Positions 9,633 through 18,434 of a stretch of 64,000 bases of DNA are shown here, piece after piece. The notes beneath the pieces were generated by a model. It did no database searches and was not told the origin of the DNA. It worked only from the letters and a program-made list of their open reading frames with translations. Numbering within the stretch: position 1 is the first letter of the stretch; the number at the start of each line of letters is the position of its first letter. A program made the position numbers and the translations under genes. This DNA comes from Minisyncoccia bacterium (GTDB lineage Bacteria; Patescibacteriota; Minisyncoccia; Phycocordibacterales; UBA9973): the NCBI GenBank assembly GCA_038251535.1, contig JBBSBF010000002.1, forward strand, positions 2,220-66,219, given 5' to 3'.

Positions 9633-9732
9633 ATAAAACATAGCAGTTTGCCGTCGCGTAATTTTCTGCTGAAAATTCGCTCCTTCTCAGACCAGTCGTC
9701 TTGCGAAAGACGGCAAACTGCTATGTTTTATA
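9633..9732. repeat. structured repeat element A: a 24-bp perfect inverted repeat enclosing a 52-nt core that contains a cgtctt-GCGA-aagacg hairpin
   Basis: tataaaacatagcagtttgccgtc at 9633-9656 pairs with gacggcaaactgctatgttttata at 9709-9732. A roughly 65-nt core recurs, reverse-complemented, at 40104-40177. Confidence 0.6.
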
Positions 9733-9827
9733 CTCACTTTGTGAAAAGTTGACTAAAATCAGCCTGCAGGGTATTATCTTCCTATAGATGCCCCTGGGGC
9801 GTTTTTTAGTAAGATCAAACAATATCA

Positions 9828-10010
9828 ATGAAACCAATTCAATTTCTCAAAGAAACACGCGGAGAACTCAAGCATGTCATCTGGCCAACACGACCTCGTG
9901 CGGTCATGTACGCTGCGATTATTATCGTTTTTTCCTTGGCGCTTGGGTACGGACTTGGAGCATTTGATCAACTATTTCGCTTCATACTTAAAACAGTAAT
10001 TATCAAATAA
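9828..10010 (+). CDS. secE: preprotein translocase subunit SecE (short single-TM form)
   Basis: 60 aa with a C-terminal TM, immediately upstream of nusG. The conserved tail [21 protein letters not shown] is present. Confidence 0.8.
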   Translation: MKPIQFLKETRGELKHVIWPTRPRAVMYAAIIIVFSLALGYGLGAFDQLFRFILKTVIIK

Positions 10011-10011
10011 T

Positions 10012-10560
10012 ATGTCAAAACAAGAACACTCAGGAGTGCGTCACTGGTACGCTATTCACACTTATTCTGGATATGAAAACGCAGTATTGCGTAATCTCAG
10101 ACAACGTATCGAAAGTCTCGGTATGCAAGAAAAAATATACAACGTTGTTGTACCGATCGAAAAGAAAATCAAAATCAAAGGAGGAAAGCGAGTTGAGGTA
10201 GAAGAGAAGGTATACCCAGGGTACGTACTCGTCGACATGATTGTTGACGATGATTCATGGTTCGTCGTACGCAACACTCCACGAGTTACTGGATTTGTCG
10301 GCGCAGGAGTTACTCCAGTTCCACTAACACAAAAAGAGATTGATTACCTCATTGGCCGAATGGATGATGATACAGTGGCTCAACACACGATCGATCTCGA
10401 AGTAGGAGAGACGATCATTATCAACGATGGACCGTTCAAAGAGCTTGAAGGAAAAGTTTCAGAGGTCGATTCAGAACGCGGCAAGGTCAAAGTGCTCGTT
10501 TCTCTTTTTGGTCGTGAGACCCCAGTCGAGCTCGATTTCCTCCAGGTGAAAAAACTATAG
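10012..10560 (+). CDS. nusG: transcription termination/antitermination factor NusG
   Basis: NGN domain ([14 protein letters not shown]) and a KOW motif, in the secE-nusG-rplK order. Confidence 0.9.
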   Translation: MSKQEHSGVRHWYAIHTYSGYENAVLRNLRQRIESLGMQEKIYNVVVPIEKKIKIKGGKRVEVEEKVYPGYVLVDMIVDDDSWFVVRNTPRVTGFVGAGVTPVPLTQKEIDYLIGRMDDDTVAQHTIDLEVGETIIINDGPFKELEGKVSEVDSERGKVKVLVSLFGRETPVELDFLQVKKL

Positions 10561-10614
10561 ATACTCTCGTTGACTTTAAAAGACACTTATTGTAGGGTTT
10601 AGAAAAATAACCCC

Positions 10615-10812
10615 ATGGAATTGATCTCAATATTGTACTGTATAGGAGTGGTTACCTTCTTTTTTGTAATATTTTATTTTATAAATAGGTTGGGAAATGA
10701 AAGTATAAAAAAATCACAACAAGCAAAGGTGGTGAATATAAGTAAAATATTACCATTAAAGAAGTTTGCCCAAAATATAAGCGAAAACTGGCAAAAATCC
10801 CTAAAAAACTAA
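10615..10812 (+). CDS. small hypothetical membrane protein
   Basis: 65-aa AT-rich ORF with one TM helix. A terminator-like hairpin follows at about 10831-10858. Confidence 0.3.
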   Translation: MELISILYCIGVVTFFFVIFYFINRLGNESIKKSQQAKVVNISKILPLKKFAQNISENWQKSLKN

Positions 10813-10943
10813 ACTGTACCGTTTGAATAAGCCCTGATTACAATTCGGGGTTTTTTATTTACAAAAAATTGGTTTCTGCTATAGTATGGCAGTTACGCTA
10901 GTGCTTCTACATTTAGCAGACAAGTCATTTCCTATCATTTTTT

Positions 10944-11369
10944 ATGGCAAAAAACATCACCAAACGAATCAAAGTTCAAGCAATGGGAGGCGCTGCGACC
11001 CCAGCACCACCCCTCGGCCCTGCACTCGGACAAGCAGGTGTCAACATCAGCGACTTCGTGCAGAAGTTCAATGCAGCGACCCAGGACCAAAAGGGAGAGA
11101 AACTAGGAGTTAAAATCGTAGTCTACGAAGATCGTAGTTACGACTTTGTCGTCTCGACCCCTCCCGCAACAGCACTTCTTTTGAAAGCTGCGGGACTTGA
11201 AAAGGGTTCCCAAAAGCCTCGTACGAGTAAGGCAGGCTCAGTGACCAAGGCACAAATACGAGCAATCGCAGAGCGCAAAATGCCGGATTTGAACGCCAAC
11301 GACATTGAGGCCGCGATGAAGATCATCGAAGGATCTGCTCGAAGCGCTGGGATCGAAGTGGTTGGGTAA
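10944..11369 (+). CDS. rplK: 50S ribosomal protein L11
   Basis: Strong L11 signature ([22 protein letters not shown]...GSVTKAQI). It is followed by a terminator rather than rplA. Confidence 0.95.
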   Translation: MAKNITKRIKVQAMGGAATPAPPLGPALGQAGVNISDFVQKFNAATQDQKGEKLGVKIVVYEDRSYDFVVSTPPATALLLKAAGLEKGSQKPRTSKAGSVTKAQIRAIAERKMPDLNANDIEAAMKIIEGSARSAGIEVVG

Positions 11370-11406
11370 TCCTTCGAGAAGCTCAGGATAAAATTAATAT
11401 GCAAAT

Positions 11407-11436
11407 AAAAGGCCGCTCCAGAAATGGGCGGCTTTT
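11407..11436. terminator. bidirectional rho-independent terminator
   Basis: aaaaggccgctccagaaatgggcggctttt: a GC stem with an A-run on one side and a T-run on the other, between the convergent rplK and folA. Confidence 0.55.
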
Positions 11437-11439
11437 GAG

Positions 11440-11994
11440 TTATCTTGAATATTTAAATATTCTAAACGGATACAAATTTTTCTCATCTATAGGATGATCT
11501 TGCAAGATTTCTGTTTTCCACATACCGAGATAGGCAGGAGGTGTAAATATCGTATCTCCCGCAAACATAGCACTGACAACAGTTGCGTAAATCTTAGAAA
11601 CATGAAAATTGTCACCAGGGGTAAATGATAGTGCTTGAGTGTAGATATCACCACCACCAATGCAAAATACTTTTTTGCCATGACAAACCTTTTCGCGTTT
11701 GAGTAGTCTATAGATTGCATCCCATGAGCTGCATACAAATGTCATCGCGTTTGTTGGGTTGGGTTGGTATAGGTCATTATTGGTCAGAATAATAACCACT
11801 CTTTCAGGTAATCCTTTAGGAAATGACTCGTATGTTTTTCTTCCCACGATACATACACTTCCAGCACCATTTTGTTTTGTAAGAGTTACAAACCAGTGCA
11901 TATCAGCAGGAAGCCACCATGGTATCTTTCCGTCTATTCCGATAACGAAATTTGTGCCATATCCGACAACAATAGATAAATCTATACGTTCCAT
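11440..11994 (-). CDS. folA: dihydrofolate reductase (paralog 1)
   Basis: DHFR motifs VIGIDGKIPW, IVGRKTYESFPKGLPERVVIILT and FCIGGGDIYTQAL. Confidence 0.85.
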   Translation of the reverse strand: MERIDLSIVVGYGTNFVIGIDGKIPWWLPADMHWFVTLTKQNGAGSVCIVGRKTYESFPKGLPERVVIILTNNDLYQPNPTNAMTFVCSSWDAIYRLLKREKVCHGKKVFCIGGGDIYTQALSFTPGDNFHVSKIYATVVSAMFAGDTIFTPPAYLGMWKTEILQDHPIDEKNLYPFRIFKYSR

Positions 11995-12013
11995 AATTTT
12001 TAATTTTCTTTTA

Positions 12014-12040
12014 CATTACTATTTTTGATACTTTTGTCAA
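12014..12040 (-). promoter_or_regulatory. promoter of folA paralog 1 (TTGACA-15 nt-TAATGT, minus strand)
   Basis: The hexamers are read from the sequence. The whole leader is about 85% identical to the leader of folA paralog 2 at 12660-12700. Confidence 0.4.
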
Positions 12041-12097
12041 ATCTGTTTTAAATAAAAAAAGCCGCTCCTCATGGGACGGCTTCTGTGTTGTGTTTCC

Positions 12098-12646
12098 CTA
12101 TGCAGTAAGTAAGTTTTCATATACTTCAACATCAAAATCATGCGAATTACCTTTATCTTTTTCACCACCAGGGACTCTTTTTTTAAAAGGTACCGTCACT
12201 AGGAGTTTATAAATAATTTCATTGTATGAAGGAAAAAATATATCCCCTTCAAATTCACCGTGTACTTTGGTGATATGAAGTTGATCAATAACAATATCTG
12301 GATTATTCAGTGCAAGTGTATATATCTGTGCACCACCAATAATCCAAATGATTTCACCTGATTCCTCTTCTGCTAAATATAAAGCTTGTTCCATAGTGGA
12401 AACATACTTAAAACCTTGCGGCAAACCTTTGGCAAAAGGGTTGTGAGTAATTACAATGTTGGCGCGTCTTGGAAGCGGTTTACCCAAAGATAGTGCTGTA
12501 TTCTTTCCCATAATAACCGGGCAATTAATGGTCTTTGGTTTAAAGTTTAGAAGGAAATCATCAGTAAGATGCCAGTCTGGCATTTGTAAACCGTTTCCCA
12601 TGACATTATTTTTTCCATGGGCAACAATAAGTTTTTTTTTCTTCAT
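12098..12646 (-). CDS. folA: dihydrofolate reductase (paralog 2)
   Basis: DHFR motifs VMGNGLQMPDW, IMGKNTALSLGKPLPRRANIVITHN and WIIGGAQIYTLAL. Confidence 0.8.
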   Translation of the reverse strand: MKKKKLIVAHGKNNVMGNGLQMPDWHLTDDFLLNFKPKTINCPVIMGKNTALSLGKPLPRRANIVITHNPFAKGLPQGFKYVSTMEQALYLAEEESGEIIWIIGGAQIYTLALNNPDIVIDQLHITKVHGEFEGDIFFPSYNEIIYKLLVTVPFKKRVPGGEKDKGNSHDFDVEVYENLLTA

Positions 12647-12771
12647 ATTTTCTATTTTAAATTTTCTTTTACCTTACTATTTTTATATCTTTTGTCAACT
12701 TTGACTTATGTGTAGAAAAGGATAATGTTCACTCAAATAAACAAAATTTCACAACCAAAATTCTTTGAAAA

Positions 12772-13401
12772 ATGAATAAAAAAAATAAAATTCTAAACAT
12801 CATAGGAACAGATGTTTCTGAAGAAGACCGTATTATTGAAGATCACCAGGAACTTATAAGTGTAATTGATTTTTTTCGAAACGAAGGCAAAAAGATTGTA
12901 TGGACAATGGGTGCATATGATATTAAACATGTTGGACATGATAGATATCTGAGAGAAGGGAAAAGTTATGGCGATATATTGATTGTTGGTCTTGACTCAG
13001 ATGAATATGTAAAAAAAGAAAAAGGTGATAATCGACCAATTGTTCCATATAAAGAAAGAGCGGAACAATTAGCATATTGTCGTCCAGTAAATATCATCAC
13101 TATTCTCAATACAAAAGAAGAAGCTACAAAACTTATGCAGGATATGAAACCTGATGTGGTAGTTCTTTCATTTAGTAGCACTACGGAGGCAATAGAAGTA
13201 TACGAAAACAGAATGAAAGAAAAATACGGCCCATATTGTAAAGAAGTAAAGATTTTGGAGCGACAAGCTGAAACTTCCACAACTGCTCGAATTAGACTTG
13301 TTATCATTGAAGGTTCACAAGAATTTGTCGAAATTGTTAAAGAATGCACCGACAAATTAGCTGTTGCTATTAAAAACTTCTTCACAAAAATCGGAGGTTA
13401 A
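12772..13401 (+). CDS. cytidylyltransferase-like nucleotidyltransferase (TagD / RfaE-domain-II-like HxGH family)
   Basis: HxGH motif (TMGAYDIKHVGHDRYL), ILIVGLDSDEYV, and a C-terminal ISTT-like motif (ETSTTARIRL). Confidence 0.6.
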   Translation: MNKKNKILNIIGTDVSEEDRIIEDHQELISVIDFFRNEGKKIVWTMGAYDIKHVGHDRYLREGKSYGDILIVGLDSDEYVKKEKGDNRPIVPYKERAEQLAYCRPVNIITILNTKEEATKLMQDMKPDVVVLSFSSTTEAIEVYENRMKEKYGPYCKEVKILERQAETSTTARIRLVIIEGSQEFVEIVKECTDKLAVAIKNFFTKIGG

Positions 13402-13403
13402 TC

Positions 13404-14258
13404 ATGAAAGAAGCAATTGTGTTATATATGCCGGATTTAAATAAGTCCTATAGGGACTTCTTCAAAAAAAATGGCCGAAAAGTAGATACCATTTTTTTGA
13501 TCAGTGAACAAATAATAGAAAAAATTACTGATCCAGGCTTTGTGTGGCAAATTGAAAAAGATTTACGAGCTCTTAATGCATTGGAAATGTTACGATCTGT
13601 TTCAGTTCAAGATTATGCACATGAGTTTAAAATTCTTACAGAAAATAATCTGAACGGATTTGACCAAGTAATTATTCCTGACGAGGATGAAATTGTAGAA
13701 AATGTATTGAAAGAGTTGTATCCAGGTATTCAACCTGTCAAAGAAAAATGGTTTATCCGATGGGGTAGGAAAACAGTTCTCTCTAAACGCGCCCCAGTAC
13801 CAAGTGCAAGTATTTCTATTGATGTATTCGACAGAGAAGTAATGGACAAAGCATTTGGAATTGCTGAGCATAGTTCGGATTGGTGGAGGCAAGTTGGAGT
13901 AATACTTTTACCCGTAAACGGAGAACCTATTTCAACTTTTAACCATCATTTACCAAACCAAAGATCACCGTATATAAATGGAGATCCAAGAACAAACTTT
14001 AAACCAGGTGAAAGTATAGAGATTTCTACTGCTATTCACGCTGAGGCGTCTGCAATTGCACATGCTGCAAATAAAGGGATTTCTCTAAATGGTGGAAGTA
14101 TTTATGTTTCGACATTTCCATGTCCAAATTGTGCATATCTAATTATCGAATCAGGTATTAAAAAGGTCTATTATTGCGAAGGGTATTCACTTCTCAATGC
14201 AGCTGAACTTTTTACTCAATTCGGAGTTTCGATGATTTTTGTTGATGTTCCAAATTAA
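13404..14258 (+). CDS. CMP/dCMP-deaminase-fold zinc deaminase fused to an uncharacterised N-terminal domain of about 150 aa
   Basis: The C-terminal half carries the HAE...PCxxC zinc motif (AIHAEASAIAHAANKG...STFPCPNCAYLIIESGIKKVYY). I recognise no motif in the N-terminal half. Confidence 0.65.
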   Translation: MKEAIVLYMPDLNKSYRDFFKKNGRKVDTIFLISEQIIEKITDPGFVWQIEKDLRALNALEMLRSVSVQDYAHEFKILTENNLNGFDQVIIPDEDEIVENVLKELYPGIQPVKEKWFIRWGRKTVLSKRAPVPSASISIDVFDREVMDKAFGIAEHSSDWWRQVGVILLPVNGEPISTFNHHLPNQRSPYINGDPRTNFKPGESIEISTAIHAEASAIAHAANKGISLNGGSIYVSTFPCPNCAYLIIESGIKKVYYCEGYSLLNAAELFTQFGVSMIFVDVPN

Positions 14259-14262
14259 AACA

Positions 14263-14292
14263 AGGCTGTTGAATGTATCAACAGCCTTTTTA
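14263..14292. terminator. bidirectional rho-independent terminator
   Basis: Perfect 10-bp stem (aggctgttga / tcaacagcct), 5-nt loop and a T-run. Confidence 0.6.
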
Positions 14293-14293
14293 T

Positions 14294-14737
14294 TTACTTA
14301 AGAGGAATTCTAACACCTGGTCCATTGGGGTCGGCGGCGATTATGTGCCCATGGAGTCTCTTTACAGTAGCGCCTGTAAAATCAGTATTACCATACCGCA
14401 TCCAATAACCTCCACCTTCAATATTGTATTCCTTATTTATTTCTCCAATAACTTTCTGAAGTTCAACTACTGCTTCAACAGGGAGTTCTTCCAAAACTTC
14501 AGCATATACAGTAGAAATTACCATAAAATGATGAATAGATCCTGGATAGGGATGAGCTGATTTTGTTACAAACCAGTGATTATATTTTTTCAGTATAGGG
14601 TATGGGTGATTTCTACCAATATAATGGGGATCGAAAGGATCGATGCCAGCTTCAATTATTTTTTGAAGCATGGAAACGTACTCCTCTCTTCCTCTCGCAT
14701 TTTTAATATTTACAAAGACTTTTTGATCTTGTTGCAT
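14294..14737 (-). CDS. HIT-like (histidine-triad superfamily) protein with a degenerate triad
   Basis: HIT-fold spacing is present (FVTKSAHPYPGSIHHFMV ... GNTDFTGATVKRLHGHIIA). The triad reads H-G-H-I-I, so only two of the three His are present. Confidence 0.4.
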   Translation of the reverse strand: MQQDQKVFVNIKNARGREEYVSMLQKIIEAGIDPFDPHYIGRNHPYPILKKYNHWFVTKSAHPYPGSIHHFMVISTVYAEVLEELPVEAVVELQKVIGEINKEYNIEGGGYWMRYGNTDFTGATVKRLHGHIIAADPNGPGVRIPLK

Positions 14738-14825
14738 AAAAGTTAATTTTCATTACTTTGCCATATAATGTAGAAATAAGCAAATAAAAAGCCCATCTTC
14801 TTTTTAGAGAAAACGGGCTGTAATT

Positions 14826-15758
14826 TTAAACCGTAATATCACCTTTGATCTTCGGGTGAGGATCATAATTCCTAATTTCGACATCTTCGGGTTTAAATTC
14901 AAAGATGTCAGTTATATTAGTATTTAGATGAAGCGTCGGAAGCACTTTCGGTGTACGCTTAAGCTGTAGTTTCATTTGCTCAACATGGTTTTCATATATG
15001 TGAGCACTGGATTCCGTAACGATAAGTCTTCCTGGCTTATACCCAGTAACCTGAGCAAGCATAGATAATAGCAATGCATATTGTGCAATGTTAAACGGAA
15101 CGCCCAAAAAGAAATCTCCGCTTCGCTGATACATTTTCATGCTTAAATAATTTTCATCCGCAGAAACACTACATTGAAAAAATGGATGACATGATCTCAA
15201 TTTTACTTTATCAAGAGCAAGATCTGCTGGATTCCATGCACTGACAAGCATCCCTTTTGAATGCGGTGCACGTTTTATTTCTTCAATCAAGTTTTTGATT
15301 TGATCAATAGAGTACTTTTTATATTCATCAGGTACCCATTCTGTATTTTCGGCATGTCTAGGTACGAATTGAAATACATCCCAATTACGCCATTGTTTGC
15401 CGTATATTGGACCCAAGTTACCATTTCCATCAGCCCATTCGTCCCAAAGTTTTACCTTTTTTTCATTCAACCATTTTACGTTGGTATTGCCAGAAAGCAT
15501 CCAAACAAGTTCAGTCGCGATGGTTTTCATCGGCATGGATTTGGTAGTCATAAGTGGAAAACCTTTTGTAAGGTCAAATTCCATTTGAACGGTGCCAAAA
15601 AATTCATGACCGGGTGTGTTTCTGCCTTTTTTCGGAGGTTGATCCAACAATGGTTGAACCCATCGAAGATATTCATAATCCACATGAAAAGGTGTGTAGT
15701 TTTCTGTATGGTACGGCATAATTCCTGTCCGCCCCCAAGTTTCTAATTGTGTATTCAT
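14826..15758 (-). CDS. thyA: thymidylate synthase, ThyA family
   Basis: ThyA signatures are present (LWDEWADGNGNLGPIYGKQWRNW, SAWNPADL, catalytic Cys in LRSCHPFFQ, and RSGDFFLGVPFNIAQYALL). The conserved Asn in PFNIAQ indicates dUMP specificity. Confidence 0.85.
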   Translation of the reverse strand: MNTQLETWGRTGIMPYHTENYTPFHVDYEYLRWVQPLLDQPPKKGRNTPGHEFFGTVQMEFDLTKGFPLMTTKSMPMKTIATELVWMLSGNTNVKWLNEKKVKLWDEWADGNGNLGPIYGKQWRNWDVFQFVPRHAENTEWVPDEYKKYSIDQIKNLIEEIKRAPHSKGMLVSAWNPADLALDKVKLRSCHPFFQCSVSADENYLSMKMYQRSGDFFLGVPFNIAQYALLLSMLAQVTGYKPGRLIVTESSAHIYENHVEQMKLQLKRTPKVLPTLHLNTNITDIFEFKPEDVEIRNYDPHPKIKGDITV

Positions 15759-15825
15759 TTTTTTTAAATTTTCTTAAACACTACGGAATACTGGAGAAAA
15801 GTCAAATTTCTGCTAGACTCTTTCT

Positions 15826-17568
15826 ATGAAAGAGATACTCGAAGATTTGATCAAGGCCGGCTTAAAAGAGCTCTGGGGGATAGTCGACGCTATTTTTGTT
15901 GTCGAAGAGCCAAAGGATTTGGACAATGGGGATTATGCCAGTAATGTGGCGTTGGTGGTTGCCAAGCAGCTCGACAATCCTTCGACAGGCTCAGGACTAG
16001 GGAATCCGAAGGAAATCGCTGAAAGCTTGGCAGCATATTTGAATAAATACAAAAGTGAGGAGATCGAGAGCGTGTCTGTCGCAGGTGCTGGCTTTATCAA
16101 CTTCACACTCAAGCAAGAATATTTTGCAGAAAAAGTAAAAGAAATAATTGAACGAAAAGATGAATGGGGGAAGAGTGATACGTTTGCGGGCAAAAAAATA
16201 TTGGTGGAGCATTCGAGTCCCAATCTCTTCAAGCCATTCCATATTGGGCACTTGATGAACAACACGATAGGGGAATCAATCACGAGACTTGCGCAGTGTT
16301 CGGGAGCAATAGTTACCACGATGACATTTCCATCTGATATCTCGCTTGGAGTTGCAAAGGCGATTTTTATTCTTCTCGAAGAACACACAACCTCCGCTAG
16401 GTCAGACCTAGCGGAAAGCGTAGAAGATCTCGGAAACGCCTATGTAGAGGGAACGAAGCGCTATGATGAAGATGAGAGCACGCATGCAAGAATAAAGGAA
16501 ATAGCCGACAATCTCTATGGCGGAATAGATAGTCCAGAATGGAAACTATTTGAAATGTGTAAGAAACTCAATATTTCTTATTTCGAACACATCGTTCTAA
16601 AACTCGGTTCTCACTTTGATGCATATATTTACGAAAGCGAAGCAGGTGTCGTCGGCAAAGATGTCGTACAGAAAGAAACACCCCGTGTATTTACCCAAAG
16701 CGAAGGAGCGATTGTGTACATCCCTGATGAAAGTCGTAAAGATATCAACACAGCAGTATTTATCAATTCCCAAGGCAATCCTACCTATGAAGCAAAAGAT
16801 ATCGGGCTATTGAAATTGAAATTTGACAGGTACACTCCTCATACTTCTATCTTTGTCACCGACAACCAACAAGTGTCGCATTTCGAAGTGGTCCTCGACG
16901 CAGCACAGAAAATCAATCGTGAGTGGTCAGACAAGAGTCTCCATGTACATCATGGCCGCATGTCGTTTAAAGGGCAAAAGATGTCGTCTCGTCTTGGAGG
17001 AGTACCACTAGTAGATGATGTGCTTGAGACAGTCATACAAGAAGTGAAAATAAAGAATCCTGATATGAGTGTGAGCGACGCAGAAGTGATTGCAATCGCT
17101 GCACTCAAATTTTCAATCCTGCGTGCCTCGGTCGGCAAAGACATCAACTTCGATCCAGATCTCTCATTATCATTTGATGGGGATAGTGGTCCGTATCTGC
17201 AGTACAGTGTCGTGCGTGCACAGTCGGTATTACAGAAATCCCCGAGGCAAGGCCTAGGGATAAGTTCAAGTGTGAGGAAAGACCTCACACCAGTCGTTGT
17301 AGATAATAATTGGGAGACGACGACACTTGAAAAAGTACTGATTCATTTCCCCGAGATTGTCCAACGTTCGATCAATGAGTGGGCACCACATTATGTTGTT
17401 GGATATCTCCTCGACCTCGCCCAAAGCTTCAATAGTTGGTATGCCACTACCAAGATCCTTGATGACACTGACGCTTCTAACTACAAACTTGCACTCACTG
17501 CTGCCTTTGCACAAACGATGCACAATGGTCTCCATTTGCTTGGGATTGAAGTTCCGGAAAAGATGTAG
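15826..17568 (+). CDS. argS: arginine--tRNA ligase
   Basis: N-terminal Arg_tRNA_synt_N-like domain, a HIGH motif (PFHIGHLMNNTIGE) and a C-terminal DALR anticodon-binding domain. Confidence 0.9.
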   Translation: MKEILEDLIKAGLKELWGIVDAIFVVEEPKDLDNGDYASNVALVVAKQLDNPSTGSGLGNPKEIAESLAAYLNKYKSEEIESVSVAGAGFINFTLKQEYFAEKVKEIIERKDEWGKSDTFAGKKILVEHSSPNLFKPFHIGHLMNNTIGESITRLAQCSGAIVTTMTFPSDISLGVAKAIFILLEEHTTSARSDLAESVEDLGNAYVEGTKRYDEDESTHARIKEIADNLYGGIDSPEWKLFEMCKKLNISYFEHIVLKLGSHFDAYIYESEAGVVGKDVVQKETPRVFTQSEGAIVYIPDESRKDINTAVFINSQGNPTYEAKDIGLLKLKFDRYTPHTSIFVTDNQQVSHFEVVLDAAQKINREWSDKSLHVHHGRMSFKGQKMSSRLGGVPLVDDVLETVIQEVKIKNPDMSVSDAEVIAIAALKFSILRASVGKDINFDPDLSLSFDGDSGPYLQYSVVRAQSVLQKSPRQGLGISSSVRKDLTPVVVDNNWETTTLEKVLIHFPEIVQRSINEWAPHYVVGYLLDLAQSFNSWYATTKILDDTDASNYKLALTAAFAQTMHNGLHLLGIEVPEKM

Positions 17569-17639
17569 GGTGACAAGATTTTGAAAGAAAGGGGTTGATT
17601 CATTTGCGGCTTTTTTTATTTCCTGTACGATAGACCAAT

Positions 17640-18116
17640 ATGATTCACGATACAGAAGAACGATCACTTATCATCATTAAGCCCGATGCGATCCAGCGTA
17701 ATTTGGTTGGAGAGATTATTACACGTTTTGAACGAAAGGGGCTCAAGATTATCGGTATGAAAATGATGCACCTGAAAGACGCACTTGTTGAGGAACACTA
17801 TGCGCATATCAAAGATAAGCCGTTTTTTCCTCGTATAAAGCGCTTTATGATGTCGAGTCCAGTCGTGGTGATGGCTGTGGCAGGACTCAAGGCGATTGAT
17901 AGTATACGTATTATTGTTGGGCCAACAAAAGGATTTGAAGCTGCAGCAGGTACACTCCGTGGAGATCTGTCGTTGTCGATGCAGTCAAATGTTGTGCACG
18001 CATCTGATTCATTAGAGAACGGTAAAGCGGAGATCAAACGGTTTTTTGAGGAGGATGAGATTGTTGAATACGATAAAGTTGATACGAAGTTTATTTTTTC
18101 AGACGACTTGATGTAA
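17640..18116 (+). CDS. ndk: nucleoside-diphosphate kinase
   Basis: NDK signature including the active-site His region (NVVHASDS) and RGDLSLS. Confidence 0.9.
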   Translation: MIHDTEERSLIIIKPDAIQRNLVGEIITRFERKGLKIIGMKMMHLKDALVEEHYAHIKDKPFFPRIKRFMMSSPVVVMAVAGLKAIDSIRIIVGPTKGFEAAAGTLRGDLSLSMQSNVVHASDSLENGKAEIKRFFEEDEIVEYDKVDTKFIFSDDLM

Positions 18117-18208
18117 AGAAGATGTATTGTGCCGTCTAGTTGTACTCAACCTCACTTTTTTACCCTGTCTATCTTGAATTGCTCAATAAGAGAACTATAA
18201 TAGAGGTA

Positions 18209-18390
18209 CGGCTATTTAAAAATAGTACCTAGAATGGAATCTTTTGGGAAACCGTTGTGGGCAACTCGACATGTTGGTTTATTTTTACATTTACTACCGT
18301 ATTGTTTTGTCCCGCGTGTCCCACCTGGCTTAACGCTATGGTACTATTTTCTAAATAGCCGTAAGAGAGGTCCCTCACTGAGGGGCTTTT
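18209..18390 (+). ncRNA. candidate structured RNA / long-stem element: a 21-bp near-perfect stem enclosing about 100 nt, followed by a terminator-like hairpin
   Basis: cggctatttaaaaatagtacc at 18209-18229 pairs with ggtactattttctaaatagccg at 18330-18351. The region carries no coding signal. The strand is not established. Confidence 0.3.
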
Positions 18391-18434
18391 CTCTTGTCAA
18401 CTTTTTATTTCTATACTTTGTGCGATACTAAGAC

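Noticed and set aside
14826-15758. ThyA homolog acting as a dUMP/dCMP hydroxymethylase (a DNA hypermodification enzyme)
   Set aside because: The conserved Asn in PFNIAQ points to a dUMP substrate. Two DHFR genes are adjacent, which argues for the classical DHF-producing methylase reaction. No downstream kinase or glycosyltransferase typical of hypermodification is present. I kept only a note that alignment should confirm this.
17266-17667. 133-aa minus-strand ORF overlapping the argS 3' end and the ndk 5' end
   Set aside because: It is antisense to two strongly supported genes and has no motif, so it is a typical shadow ORF.
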